Below are positions 1 to 13,676 of a DNA stretch of 64,000 bases, in pieces. The notes under the pieces were generated by a model, which had not been told where the DNA came from, searched no databases, and was given only the letters and a program-made list of their open reading frames with translations. Position numbers and translations under genes: made by a program. Each line of letters begins with the position of its first letter. Within the stretch, counting starts at the first letter, position 1. Source of the DNA: Somniosus microcephalus. Lineage: Eukaryota. Location of the stretch: the NCBI GenBank assembly GCA_052327205.1, contig CM126218.1, positions 67,952,001-68,016,000 of the forward strand. The letters are read 5' to 3'.

Positions 1-624
1 CAGGATCTGGGAAACATACAAACTGACAAAACGTTTCACTAACAGAATTGTTTTTGACAAAAAGCTCCCAATGTATGTTACAGTTCATAATGGGTTAAAC
101 TGATGGGCTATGGCCCAATGGAGAAGGGGATGGAGTGAAGTGGCACTTGTCAAATATCTTTAAAAAAAACTCGGCCTAAAAGCAGAGAATTCCTCTTTCA
201 CATTCAAACCATCCAATCAATATTGTTACAGTGTACAGTACTATAGGGCTGGAATGTACTGTACGATGCTCAGGGTCATTGACTTGGTGTTTATAATCCG
301 CAAGGGTCCAAGAGAACGGAGATTCGGAGTAAGGACATTCAGACAGACCACTTTTACTGAGAGGATAATACACGGGTGGTTAAAAAGACAATCAAGATAT
401 GCTTTTGGAGAGAGAAGGGATGGAAGGAAATGATGAAAAGGTGGAAAGGAGGGTGAGAAAAGATAGGATAAAACGGGGTTGATGGACATAATGGCCCATT
501 GCTGTTCCTAAAGGTACTCATGTTCTCTTTTACGTGTGAAAACTCACTCTTTCTCTAACTTCAAAGGTGTTACATGTCATCAGTAAATGCCACAAAAAGT
601 CTTCAACCGATTTTTAAACTCATT

Positions 625-1208
625 AGTTCTGCCCGAGCTCTGGTTCTGCCCGAGCTCCCGTGGTTCGGTTCTGCCCGGTGCTCCCGTGGTTCGGTTCTGC
701 CCGGTGCTCGGTTCTGCCCGTGGTTTGGTCCTGCCCTTCTGCCCATGGTTCGGTTCTGCCCTTCTGCCCGTGGTTCGGTCCTGCCCGAGCTCCCGTGGTC
801 CGGTCCTGCCCGAGCTCCCGTGGTTCGGTTCTGCCCGAGCTTGCCCGTGGTTCGGTTCTGCCCGAGCTTGCCCGTGGTTCGGTTCTGCCCGAGCTTGCCC
901 GTGGTTCGGTTCTGCCCGAGCTCCCGTGGTTTGGTTCTGCCCGAGCTCCCGTGGTTCGGTTCTGCCGGTGCTCCCGTGGTTCGGTTCTGCCGGAGCTCCC
1001 GTGGTTCGGTTCTGGCCGAGCTCCCGTGGTTTGGTTCTGCCCGAGCTCCCGTGGTTCGGTTCTGCCCGAGCTCCCGTGGTTCGGTTCTGCCCGAGCTTGC
1101 CCGTGGTTCGGTTCTGCCCGAGCTTGCCCGTGGTTCGGTTCTGCCCGAGCTCGCCCGTGGTTCGGTTCTGCCCGAGCTCCCGTGGTTCGGTCGTGCCCGA
1201 GCTTGCCC
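625..1208. repeat. GC-rich minisatellite, 29-30 bp unit, about 20 copies
   Basis: The unit GGTTCGGTTCTGCCCGAGCT(C/TG)CCCGT is directly visible in tandem. The long ORFs over it in five frames are repeat artefacts. Confidence 0.95.
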
Positions 1209-3069
1209 AGTTTTTACAACCCCCTTCTGTGTCTCGCTCCAATGAAACAAATGGAAGCATGAAAGTGACAATGAAAAATTGCAAAGTTCCTGGACCGTGC
1301 AATGGCTAAACGCATCGCAATTATAACTTCACATTTTATTTTATAGTGACAGTTTTTATTATATTCTTTGAAGGGGCTAGTTAACTACTTTTTTTCATCC
1401 CTTCCTTTTTGGTTTGTGAACTGTGGGCATTAATCATAACTTCTTAAAACCGCAGTCAATTTCTTTCCCAGCCTCATTTCCTGCACAGTGGAGCATGCTG
1501 TGCCCCATCCTGTGCAGTTATTCTTCCTCTGAAAATGTGCCACGGAATGGTGGATGGTGATGATGATGATGATGATCTAAATGTAAGAAATAAGGACCGT
1601 GTTGGGAGCACACACATACCGCTCCCCCAAGGATTTACAAGTTCGAATCAATGGTCCCGTATGGTACTGAGCCATTCAGACCAGGGTGGTATCAGGTTTT
1701 ATCCTGGCTCATGAACTGCATGGCATTAATGCATTCTGCCATGTTGACATAATTGAGCTGAGTTGGTATGGTCAGGAACCCTGGATTAGAACGGGTGGGT
1801 GGTTCAATTCAGACAGGGTTTCCACTTTAGATTACTGTCTGGCAACTTCTGCTGGAGAATGCATGTGTGTGGACATTAGGAGAGGACACGATCAGGCTTG
1901 AGTGAGACGATTGCCCCCGCCCCCAGAATGATAAAATAGCCTGATGGCACTTGCCACCTCAACTGACAGCTGAACGAGGATCACTTGGGTGAGGTATGAG
2001 CTTGCTCGTAAACCCGTGAACCACTGCCAAAGCACACGCCAAGTGATAGAGGAAGAAAACAAACAGTCTTGTACTTCATTGGAAGAGATTTGGCCATCTG
2101 GCCTACCAGTAAGAACATTCTCCGTCTTTGGAAGCATATTAGGGAAATCACACAAGAGCCACATCACAGCTTTATGCACTGGGGCGCTCGCTGTTTGCGC
2201 ATATTTCCCTGGCGGTGAAGGCAGCAGCTCCGAAGCAGCCAACTATTGCACCGAGCCTGCCCAAGAAACTGTATCGCTGCCAATCTACTTTTTTTTAGTG
2301 CTCGTTGTGAAAACTGTTCTATTCAAACCTCCCCACAGACGGAGAGTTGCAAAATATCGCTTATAAAAATAAATTAAGTTTCTGATTTAATTTTACTTAT
2401 GTGAATTTATTCCTCGTCTCTTTCTTTCCAAGGGAAAGACTTTTTACAAATCATTTTTCTTTTATAAAATGACTACGAGTCAAGTCCCTGCAGGCCTGCA
2501 CACAACACTATTATTTTACTTCTCTGGCAGTTCACAAAAGGAATGATTATTGTAATACATTTTAAATGACTTGGGAATGAGATGGTTTTGTGCTTTATAC
2601 TATAGCTTGTTTGTGCTTGTATAGAGAATCCCAGCATTGTCTTAGCTCCTATCTCAATAGTTGTGATGTTATAATTGACCTCAACGATCCTGGACTAGAG
2701 AAGGCGGGGGGGGGGGGCGGGAGGAATTGTCAAACAACTACACAGCATGCAGCAGTAAAACAAATTATAACATAAATCTCAAGAAATAAAAAACAGTAAA
2801 TGCTGGAAATATACAGCAGGTCCAACTGCATCTGGAAAGAGTAAAGACAGGCGAATGTTTTGGGTATAAACACTTTGTTCGGGCCCATACTGGGCATTAA
2901 AGGAAAGTGCAGATGTAGGAGTCATACTTTTCCAAAGCGCTCTAGTTTTGGGAATTGTGTCTTTGGATTGGAAAATTGCAAATATTACCCATTATTTAGG
3001 ACAGAGGGAGGGAGAAACCAGGTATCGACAGACCTGTCAGTTTTAGTGTTAATTGTAGAGCGGTTACCG

Positions 3070-4132
3070 GAACCTATCATCAGGGACCAACGGAGCACTT
3101 GAACAAGTATAACCAGATGAGAGAGTCAGCATGGATTTGTGAAAGGTCTAATTAATCTAGTTAATATTTTTGAGGAGGTTACTAACACGGTGGATAACAA
3201 TGTGTTCTCTAAATTTGGGCCGGGGTGGGGGGTGGTGCGCACCCCTTTAAACAGCTGTGCAGCCCATTCAGTTTCACGCATGCGCGAAATTTAACTCTGG
3301 AAAAGCCGGCCCCGGACTGTGCAGCTTAGAGGGTAGGGGGGTGTCTATGGGTGTTATCTATACGTACTTCCAGAAGGCATTCGATAAGGTTCTGCACAGG
3401 AAATTAGCAACAAAAATAAAAGCGCAGAGAATGAGAGGTAACCTTGTGACATGGGTTGTCAATTGGTTGGGAGATAGGAGACGGAGACTAGGGATAAAGG
3501 GAATGTACTCAGATTGGTGGGATGTGACAAGCAGTGTCCCCCCAGACATCTGTCCTGGTACCTCAGCTCATCATATACATCAATGACTTGGATGAAGGAA
3601 TAGCGAGTTGAATAATTCAAGTTTGCAAAGTACACAAACAGGAGGCACACTAAGTTGTGTAGACGGGAGCAGAAAGTTTAAAAAAGTCATAGGCAGATTA
3701 AATGAGCAGGCAAAAGTATGGCAGATGGAATTCAATGTAGGGAAGTATGAGGTCAGGTTGCATAAACTTGGCTTGTATTCCCTTGAGGGGTGATCTAATT
3801 GAGGTGTTAAAAATGATAAAAGGATTTGATAGAGTAGATACAAAAAATCTATTTCCTCTGATGGGAAAATCCAGAACAAGGTGTGGGGCGGTGGGAGCAC
3901 AGTCTTAAAATTGGAGCTAGGCCGCTCAGGAGTGAAGTCAGGAAGCACTTTTTCACAAAAAGGGTAGGGGAAATCTGGAACTCGCTCCCCCAAAAGGCTG
4001 TGGATGCTGGGTCAATGATAAGATTGTCATCAAGGTATCAAGAAATGTGAAGCAAAGGCAGGTAAATGGAGTTGAGGTACAGATCAGCCATCATCTAACA
4101 GCTGGTGGGGCTGAATGATCTACACCTGTTCT
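3070..4132 (+). mobile_element. Degenerate CR1 LINE, ORF2 RT and 3' end
   Basis: Translates as FQKAFDKVLHRKL...WLGDRRRRLGI, WQMEFNVGKYEV and LHKLGLYSLE, with frameshifts. A small MITE-like insert lies at about 3197-3332. Confidence 0.88.
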
Positions 4133-4925
4133 TACACTGATGAAAGGTCTACCCCTAAAATGTTAATCTTCCCTCTTTTCAAACATTGACTTACTGTGCA
4201 TTTCTAGCATTTGCAGTTTTTTCCCCGTATCTCTAACAAGCTCATGACAATTTTATTATGTAATATATATGCAGTGCTGAGAGAGTTGACCTCAAATGCA
4301 GAACTGTGACCCCTGTGTGCCAATCTCCCCGTTTATGTTAGTTGCTGCTGCCAGTCCTGAAACAAAAACTTTATTACCATTAGAAAGAAAAGTGGTGGCC
4401 AGATGGAAACTTTTGGAAGCTGTGAAAATGTTGTCGCCAGTGCTGCTAGGTCAGCGGAGGTCATGAGGTACATGGCAGAGTGTAGAGTCAACAAGGAGAG
4501 AACCTACTGCCTGCTGTTCATAGAATCCAATCAATATACAAGATTCTTAAGACAGCAAACAGAATGTCAGGGTTCCAATAAAATGAGTTAGGTGAACAAA
4601 AACCTCCTGAGTTTTTAAATGGTCTGCATTATTATCCAAGATGTTTGAATACTTTACTGCTGTGCAGTTCATGAAGAGGCATCCATTATGCTATACTTTA
4701 TACACCAGGATCAATCCCCTTTCCCTCACCCGCCCTAATCCAATACAACTCTGGGCACCTCCCTTACATGGGATGTAAAGTCACAATATTCAGCGGGCAT
4801 AATTGTGCTAAAACATCCATTGACCACTACTGTTTCTGTCCTTCAGTCAAATTCCCATGAACGCTGCCATGTTCCCTTTAATACCATGTGCCTGATTTTA
4901 TTTTAGAATTTGGCCCTGTTGAGCG

Positions 4926-5064
4926 AAGAACATAAGAATTAAGAGCAGGAGTCGGCCATACAGCCCTTCGAGCCTGCTCTGCCATTCAATAAGGATCAGG
5001 CTGATCTTCGACCTCAACTCCACTTTCCTGCCTGATCCCCATATCCCTTGATTCCCCTAGAGTC
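4926..5064 (-). mobile_element. CR1 LINE 3'-terminal fragment
   Basis: Matches the 3' UTR and tail of the CR1 at 47696 (aacataagaa...agcaggagt...ccttcgagcctgct). Confidence 0.8.
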
Positions 5065-7366
5065 CATAGCTGGCCTACCCAGACCAGCTGCATCTCCTCC
5101 TCGCCTCTGGTCCGCCTGTAGAGGCTAGTGAAATTGTAGTTCAAACGTGACACGAGAGTTCCAGCCATCAAGCTCCTCCCAGAGCCATTTCCTCAAAGTC
5201 CGATACCAAAAGAAAGGGGAAAAAACAGTTCAAGTCAACCCGCACCATCCCTGATCAACAGGAGTGACGCGTGACCCTCTCAGGCCTCTGCTTAAGCCAC
5301 TCTTAAAGGGCCTGCTAACGCTGTGTGCAAAAGTGAGCCGTCATCTTTTACATTGAAAAACGTGGGCCCACGCCCATAGAGCAGGGACACGAGTAAAGTT
5401 GAAAAGTGTCGGAGAGATGATGATCAGCTAAGTCTGGAAGTTATGGTTAGTGATGCCAAGCTTTGGATTTATTTCGATTACATAAGAGGAAGGAAAGACT
5501 GAGGGAGGTAAGGGGTTTTGATGTCCTGAGGAAGGACAAGTTAGAGTAGGAGACCACAGAAACACAAAGGTTCATAGCATAGAAGGATTCAGCCCATCAT
5601 GTCTGTGCCAGCTCTTTGCTAAAGCAATTCAAAATGACTTAAAATAGCCTGCTTCCTCTCTATAGCCATCTATTTTCCACTGCTTCAAATATTTATCCAA
5701 TGTTCCCTTAAAAGATGCAGCTCCCTCTGTTTCAACCACTTCCTGTGGCAAGGCATGCCATGCTCCAACAACTCTGCATCAAGGAATTTCTTATACCCTC
5801 TCTCTTATGATGTAATGAGTCTCTATTTCAACACAGTGAGGATGCAGGGAGCGGGAAGAGCATGTGGAATGACTACTTACCATGAGAATTTACCACAAGG
5901 CGAAAATTTCACAGGCAAATTGCTCTATGAATCTGGTTTAATTGACTTTACAAAAAAACCAATAGTGGCTCCTACAAGGGCCTGGCAGATTGAATCGAGC
6001 AGTTACACATCTTAATGAAAGTGATTTTAAACAAAGCCACTATTCTCAATTACATACATGCCAGGACATTATGCGCTTACAAATCTGCACAAAAGGACAT
6101 TAGAAATATATTTAGCAAAGGAAATCACAATAACTATCATCTGTGACAAGACAGCAATATTGCTGATGTAAAACACTGGATGTGTAAAACAGCCTAATAA
6201 CCAATTATAGTGAAACATTAGATTGGCTCTTTTTATGATGTTATAAATATTCCAGTACAGTTGGTCTTTCTTGGCTCAGTCGTAATCCAGCAGGCTTGTT
6301 AATAAGGCAAAAATCTGGCTTCATCAAACATGGACAGATTTGACCAGTACTACGCCAAGGAAGTAATGACCAGGGTGGTGGGTACTCAGCACCTGGCTGA
6401 ACACAACAGAAGCTGTTGAGGTGAAGCCAAGGACAAACACTACCCTGTGCGACAAAATGCACTGGCTGCCACTCAAGACCAAGCTCAAATTCCACTTCAA
6501 TTTAACTGCAAAATAGCTACTCCCACCTTGTGTGGTCTATTGCTGCTTGTTCTCTTTCTCTGTCCTCCACCCCCAAATCAAGCTGGATCATGCCGAAAGG
6601 ATGATGTAAAGGATTGAATCAATCGCCTACAAGGCCCTACCCTTCAATTGGGGTGCTGATTAGTGGGTACATTTCTAGAATTATCAAACCCATCCCCAAA
6701 CATACGCTGTGCTGTTTCCACAGTTCACAAGATACAAATCCCAACCCAATTACTTCAACAAACTTCATAGATAAGTTTAAAGGAACAACAGGACGCGAGA
6801 GGGTGCACCTCGAGTAGCTCAGAGAACGCTGAAATCCCGCTATGATCAAAAGCCACCATTAGCATCGTAGCAAGTCTTCTCTGCTTTTCGGAATGCTTCA
6901 AGAACAAAACATCAATATCACTAGTTGAAAATTCCACCAGTCCAATAAACATTAAATGATAAAATAGTTTCTACTGGAATATATTTTGTTGCTACAGGGA
7001 GCTGTAATTCTGCCCCAATTTATTGACAGCCTCCAGTGGGAGTAGCAGGATTCCCATTCGTACCTTCCTGCTTAAGTGGCTTGTAAACAACATAATATAC
7101 AACCTCATCGTCACTGGTCAAGTCCATAGGCTTCTCAGTTATTGAGTTTCAATAAAAATGCTCAAAACTACAAAGAGCTTTACTGCATCTGTTGCAGCGA
7201 GTGCGCATTCATCCTTCCAGTCAAGTGGGCTCTGAATAATTCTAGACGTTGGTGTTCTCAGAACATAAAGGTCTCTGGAATGCTCTCATCCACCCCTCCC
7301 CAAATATTTCCTGTTCTTTATTCACTGTTAACAACAGTAGCCAACCCACCGGCAACACACGCCCAT

Positions 7367-7417
7367 CTAGACGGCAATAAACTTGGCTGCAGGGCCTGTT
7401 CTGCCACATTCTCTGGG
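7367..7417 (-). CDS. Putative terminal coding exon of an unidentified host gene (PRECGRTGPAAKFIAV*)
   Basis: A pyrimidine-rich acceptor (...tttccttccattgaaacatctaattttcag|) is followed by a phase-0 frame ending in TAG. The downstream sequence is TE-poor and 3' UTR-like. No homolog recognised. Confidence 0.4.
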   Translation of the reverse strand, partial: PRECGRTGPAAKFIAV

Positions 7418-7901
7418 CTGAAAATTAGATGTTTCAATGGAAGGAAACAAAACAAAACAAAACGCCAGTGAATGAAAAGACAGAACGCACCTCACACTGA
7501 CCCCTTTCAATGTGAGTGCATTGTCTCTGCTTCAGCATATCTGTGTGCTCTAATGTGAAGCTGCCTTTGATGTCTGCATACCAAATACAAACAATTTCAC
7601 TAAGTCATTATTGAATTAATCTTTTTTTCACACTGCCCTTCATTCTCTCAATAGCAAATGGATATTTGAATGCATATAAAGCAACACAACGTAACCCCTG
7701 ACTTTGTGAGGGAGGAGAGGTGGAGAAAATATGCTATTAAAAAGGGGTGCCTTCACCTCATTGGGAATTTTAGTTCATAGAATAGCCTCCTGAAGGGCAA
7801 GTTCAGAGCAGATACCAGGAAGCATCTTTTTCCAAACTGGCCGGTGATATGGGGTGCCCGGAAGGGTGGTTCGCACCACATACTGGACTCTATTAAGAAA
7901 C

Positions 7902-8538
7902 GATAGCAAAATACTGCAGATGCTGGAAATCCGAAATAATAACAGAAAATGCTGGAAAAACTCAGCAGGCCAGGCAACATCCGTGGAGAGAAATTAGAGT
8001 CAACGTTTCAGGTGAACTCTTTGTCAAGACTAAAGAAGCACAGGAAATGAAATAGATTAAGAAGCCAGGCTGGGAGAGAACAAAAGAGAAGTGAAGAGAC
8101 ATTAAGAGGTATTCAAAACGAGACGAGATGGTGATAGGACTAGTGGAGACAAAAGACGGCTCTAGATTAGGTGTGAAATGCGCTGGCAGAATGGGAGACA
8201 TCTGCCATGTGGGAGAGAGAAAAAAAAAGGGGGGGGGGGGGGAAGGGCCAAAAGAAAGGTGTGGATAAAAAATAAGTAAAAATGTAATAGGGGCCGAGGT
8301 TATGTAAAAACTGTCTTTTGTCTCCATTAGTCCTATCACCATCTCGTCTCGTTTTGAATACCTCTTAATGTCTCTTCACATCTCTTTTGTTCTCTCCCAG
8401 CCCGGCCTTTTAATCTATTTCATTTCCTGTGCTTTTCCAGTCTTGACAAAGGGTTTGACCCGAAACGTTGACTCTTTTTTCTCTCCACGGATGTTGCCTG
8501 GCCTGCTGAGTTTTTTCAGCATTTTCTGTTGTTATTTT
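7902..8538. mobile_element. Penelope-like element pLTR pair in inverted orientation
   Basis: About 7940-8160 is the reverse complement of about 8315-8538. It is the same family as the GIY-YIG-bearing copy at 11169. Confidence 0.85.
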
Positions 8539-8617
8539 GAGAAATTATAATTGAGTTTGCAATTGGATAGTAGGAGAAAGGATGTCTTTTAAATACTACT
8601 GTACCACTTAACACTCG

Positions 8618-9063
8618 CCCGTGGCTCAGTGGGTAGCACTCTCGCATCGGAGTCAGAAGGTTGTGGGTTCAAGTCCCACACCAAAGGTTTGAGCACATAA
8701 ATCTAGGCTGACACTCCAGTGCAGTACTGAGAGTGCTGCACTGTCACAGGTGCCGTCTTTCAGATGAGATGTTAAACCGAGGCCCCGTCTGCCCACTCAG
8801 GTGGATGTAAAAGATCCCATGGCACTATTTTGAAGAGCAGGGGATTCTCCTGGCCAATATTTATCCCTCAACCAGCATCACCAACAAAACAGATTATCTG
8901 GTCATTATCACATTGCTGTTTGTGGGAACTTGCTGTGCGCAAATTGGCTGCGTTTCCTACATCACAACAGTGACTGCACTTCAAAAGTACTTCATTGGCT
9001 GTAAAGCACTTTGGGACATCCTGAAGTCGTGAAAGGCGCTAAAGAAATGCAAGTCTTTCTTTC
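8618..9063 (+). mobile_element. tRNA-derived SINE (SacSINE1/DeuSINE-like)
   Basis: A box GTGGCTCAGTGG, B box GGTTCAAGTCC, a Deu-like core (ggatgtaaaagatcccatggcac) and an L2-like tail (aaggcgct...aaatgcaag). Confidence 0.85.
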
Positions 9064-10385
9064 TGATACAAGTACTGCTTAGGAGACAATTTTTGGACTC
9101 CTGTGAACTGGTCTTTGTTGTGTCGGTACCTTTCTACCTAGACACAATTTAGGACTCAGAACTCAGAGATTCAAACATGAAGTGCTTTATTGGAAGGAAA
9201 GGAAGTTCTGGAAAGTTCTGAACAAAGAGCTAAACTTAACCGAGAACACCCAACCATTTATCTCCTGTGACAGTGCCACCACAGGTGGGAGGAGAACACA
9301 CAATACATAACAGTCTTAAGGTTAGAGCTGGAGAAAAGTGCTGGTGGCTCCGGGATCATCAGAGAAAGTCAAGAGCCAATCGGATAGGTGCTGCTGAAAA
9401 TTATGAAGGGTTTTGATGAGATTAATTGGGAAAAACTATTTGTACCAGGCGCGTTGGTGCCTAAACAGTTTCAATTTAAGATCACCACCAATTGAAGGGA
9501 AAAAAGTGTTGAGATTTTTTTTTCCATGCAAAGAGCAGTCAGGACATGTAATGTCTTACCAGAAACAGTGGTGAAAATAGGATCCCTAGTTTTCAAAAGG
9601 GAAGTGGATAAAAGTTTGAAAAAGGGAAATTTGAAGTGTACAGGGAAGGGGCAGGGGGACTGAGACTAAGTGGCTAGTTCTTCCAATGAGCATGCACAGG
9701 CACGATGGGCTGAACAGCCTCCTTCTGTACTGTAAAATTCTAGGATTCTACAGAGGCAGCAAAGATAGCATTTAAGCCAACACGCTCATCTTGTTGAAAG
9801 AAAACAAATCCTTGAAATTTGTAGGGGGAATGTTCCTCGCATTACTCTCTGCCCTCTTGTCCTGATGGTGCTGACTCCACAGGTGCCATCTACTTGAAAC
9901 GTACTTCACCCAGTGTGAGCGCCTAGACAGTGAATACTATTTTATGCCGAGTCAAATCTTCCTTAACCCGCTCACGCACCACACACATACCTCCAAGCAG
10001 GAGTCACAGAGGCTTGGAAACTTGGTTGAATTTTCCCTCTCTTGCCCAAGGACAGTAAAGGCAACTTCACTATTACCCAGCTTAGATCAGTTAATTCAAG
10101 AAACAAACCAGGGACCTTCTGGTTTGCATGGCTCAGACTTTACCAATAGCCAGGATAGCCCAGTGCTCAATACGTCAAATATCTCATGCACTGTGTTGCT
10201 GTAAAGAGATGGATTTCAATACAGCTGAATTCCATTAACCCAGCATCCTGCCTCAATAAGCTGAGAAGTTCATTATCACTTGGAGCACATGGCAATGTGC
10301 AAGATTAGAAGCGACCATTGCTCACATCTGGCCTGTTCGAAAGTCCAAAATATACCTCACTATACTCCTATAATCCCTCAATCAT

Positions 10386-11130
10386 GGGCCAGAAATTCGG
10401 GTCCCCATGGGTGAGTACGCGCTGGGTACTCACGCGTAGGCCCAATGAAAGTGCCGGTTTCGTGCATGCGTGGGAAACCGGAGCTTCCGTTTCCTTAATG
10501 GAAGGGGTTCACAGGTCGAACGCGTGCGCTGGAGGGGCAGCGCGTACGCCTGGAACCTCCGTTTTTTTTGCAGCTTTCTCCGGGAGGGTAAGTCTCCAGG
10601 GGCTACGCTTGTAAAAAGCAGTCGCAAGGCCTGCTTTTAACAAGGTAAGTGGTGAATTAAGTTAAATTAAAACATTTTTCCCACAGGTTTATTATTTTTA
10701 AATACTTTAAAGGTAAGTTTATTTTTAGCCCCGTTAGAAACTGTAAATTAATTTTTCCAAAAATTTAAATTATTGTTTAAAATAGTTATTTTATGTAATT
10801 TAGTTATTTTAAAAATGTGATTTTTTTTTTAAAAATTGACGTTTTAGTGATGTTTTGGGGCTGAATTGTATTCATAGATTTGACAGCTCTTCCTGTCAAA
10901 TCTATGAATACAGATTCCCTGCTACCATTGGCTCTCCATGGCCCACGTGATCCCAGGGGATGCTTCGAACTAACTGCGCCCCTGGGATACGCAAGCACTG
11001 CGCGCCGGCAGTTGGAGGAGGCCCAGGATCGGAATCCCACGCGGGCCCACAGCACAACGGCCGGCGCGCTAGTTAAGTGCAGGTCGAGGGCTTGCACCCA
11101 CAGGAAGCCTCCGACCCGAATTTCTGGGCC
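10386..11130 (+). mobile_element. Non-autonomous Harbinger-type element (MITE)
   Basis: TIRs gggccagaaattcgggtc / gacccgaatttctgggcc and a 3-bp TSD CAT. The TIR resembles that of the 26248 Harbinger. Confidence 0.85.
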
Positions 11131-11168
11131 CATATGTCACCAAAACAAACTACAGGAAACTCTTGTAC

Positions 11169-12165
11169 GATAGCAAAATACTGCAGATGCTGGAAATCCG
11201 AAATAACAACAGAAAATGCTGGAAAAACTCAGCAGGCCAGGCAACATCCGTGGAGAGAAATTAGAGCTGACGTTTCGGGTCGAAACCCTTTTTCCAAGAC
11301 TGGAAAGGAAATAAAATAGATCGAAGTCAGGGCTGCGATAGAACAAAAGAAGTAAAAGAGACATTAAGAGGTATTCCAAACCAGACGAGATGGTAATAGG
11401 ACAGTGGAGACAAGACGGCTGAGATTAGGTGTGAAGTGTACTGGCAGGATGAGACAGAGCTGCCATGTGGGAGAGAGAAAAAAAAAAGGGGGGGGGGGGG
11501 GGGAAGACCCAAAACAAAGGGGTGGAAAAAAATAAGTGTAAACTCTACATTGGGGAGACCAAACGCAGATTGGGTGACCGCTTTGCGGAACACCTCCGTT
11601 CAGCCCGTAAGGGTGACCCCGAGCTTCCGGTCACCTGTCATTTTAATTCACCGCTCCATTCCCACTCGGACCTCACCGTCCTTGGCCTCTTGCATTGTTC
11701 CACGGAAGCTCAACGTAAACTCGAGGAACAGCACCTCATCATCTGATTAGGCACTTTGCAGCCTTCCGGACTCGATATCGAGTTCAACAATTACAGATCA
11801 TAACCTCGGCCCCTATTACATTTTTACTTCTATTTTTTTCCACCCCTTTGTTTTGGGTCTTCCCCCCCCCCCCCCTTTTCCTTTTTTTTTCTCTCTCCCA
11901 CATGGCAGCTCTGTCTCATCCTGCCAGTACACTTCACACCTAATCTCAGCCGTCTTTTGTCTCCACTGTCCTATTACCATTTCGTCTGGTTTGGAATACC
12001 TCTTAATGTCTCTTTTACTTCTTTTGTTCTATCGCAGCCTTGCCTTCAATCTATTTTATTTCCTTTCCAGTTTTGAAAAAGGGTTTCGACCTGAAACGTC
12101 GACTCTAATTTCTCTCCACGGATGTTGCCTGGCCTGCTGAGTTTTTCCAGCATATTCTGTTGTTA
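11169..12165 (+). mobile_element. Penelope-like element: inverted pLTR, GIY-YIG endonuclease 3' fragment and pLTR
   Basis: LYIGETKRRLGDRFAEHLRS...CHFNS...RKLEEQHLI at 11537-11746. About 11205-11535 is inverted relative to about 11828-12165. TGTAC occurs on both flanks. Confidence 0.92.
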
Positions 12166-12774
12166 TACTGTACTCAGTTTCTCTTGAATTTGCTGACACT
12201 GTCCACCTCCTCGATCTCCCTGTGCACGCTGTTCCACTCCTTCATTAACCTTTGTGTGAAGTAGTTAAATCTAAACCAATAGGTTGTACCAAGAAGCATG
12301 TTAAGAAATACAACACTTTCACTTACACTTAGCAATTCAGCCATTCCAAAAATGCACTTAAATGGCAAGGCAGAATTGGGGATTGTTAACTGATGCTGGA
12401 AGTGCATAAAAAATAGTTCTTTGTCTTATAAAACAGTGTCCACAATCTAACCCCAGTCACTAAATCCCTTAGTGGAGAATGCCTTTTATTAAACAAACAC
12501 AAAGAGAATTGTGAGGGTCTGAAATCAATACAGTTACCCTACATTTGACATTCCTGATTTGTGCATCAGCCACAGAGGAATCAGCCTCTGATCTCCAGCT
12601 CTGCTGCTGCATTCACTTCAGGCTGGAGAGAATACCAACAGAAAACTCTAAAGGGGATTGACCTTATCCACAATTATCATCCACTGCAGTCACTCGCTTA
12701 ACATCTAACTGAAGCAGTACCCTGCGACAGGAAAAGGATTTCACATTGTGTCCATGCTCTCACTCTTCTCTGTA

Positions 12775-13660
12775 TGATGATGATTTGTCCATCATTGTCT
12801 CGGATGACAGCCTATGAATTATCTCTAATTAATACAGGTTGTGGTTCTCGTATGTTACAGCAACATGCAAAGTCCGATTTTTCGTAGGGAATGTTTTCCC
12901 ACACACAGGACACTGGATGTCACATTGACCCGAGGTCTGATCTTTCTCTGATTTCCTTTGGGTTCTCTTTTCTTTGGCTAGCTGGATAATACTTGCTTCA
13001 AGCTTTGCTGTGCCATCGTGAATCACCTTTTGCCACTTTTTCCTGTCGCAAGCATCACACTCCCATGTGTCAGTTGAGATGCTACATTTTTTTTTATTGT
13101 TCTGTAAGCAATCCTTATAGCTTTAGAACTGACCACAAGAACATTTACCAAGCTTCAGCTCACTGTTGAATACCTTCTTAGGTAGTCTAGTATCAGGCAT
13201 TCGGACCAAGAGGCCAGCCCACCTTAGCTGCAGTTTTACAATAATTGCCTCCATGTCGAGCATATTTGCTTTTCTGAGGACCTCAAGTGTCCGAAATCTT
13301 GGGCCGCCATCGAATTTGTGATATTTTCAGGCAACCTAGATCGAAGTGATCGAGTTTTCTGATATGGCAGTTGTAAATGGTCCAGCTATCGCACACATAC
13401 TGTTAATATTGGGTGACACATAAGGGGCACTCGGGTGTATAACTGCCATGTACTTCAGACGGACAACGAGGCCAAATTTCCAACAAGCATTCAGAAAAAT
13501 CAATGATGACTTGGAGGTCCTCTTCTGCATGGACACCAAGGGCATAGCCATGAACAAACAAGCTCCCGAACAAGTTCTTCAGAGGTCTTAGTTTTGTACT
13601 GCAGGTTGTAAGTCTTTCTCTTACTACTGTTCGGACCTTGAGAATTACAAATTAGCTTAA
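12775..13660 (-). mobile_element. Degenerate RTE-clade LINE 3' part
   Basis: The minus strand gives ...DRKKWQKVIHDG...QCPVCGKTF..., typical of the RTE C-terminus, and ends in an (ATC)n tail. Confidence 0.75.
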
Positions 13661-13676
13661 CAATGACAGACAAGGA

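Noticed and set aside
625-1208. CRISPR-like array
   Set aside because: The units are directly adjacent with no unique spacers, the context is eukaryotic, and no cas genes are present.
574-1309. 200-240 aa ORFs in five frames
   Set aside because: Artefact of a stop-free minisatellite.
1892-2366. Overlapping 116-125 aa ORFs in unique sequence
   Set aside because: No recognisable domain or convincing splice pair; it may be non-coding.
8618-8700. tRNA gene
   Set aside because: It is a SINE head continuing into the SINE core and tail, with several copies in the window.
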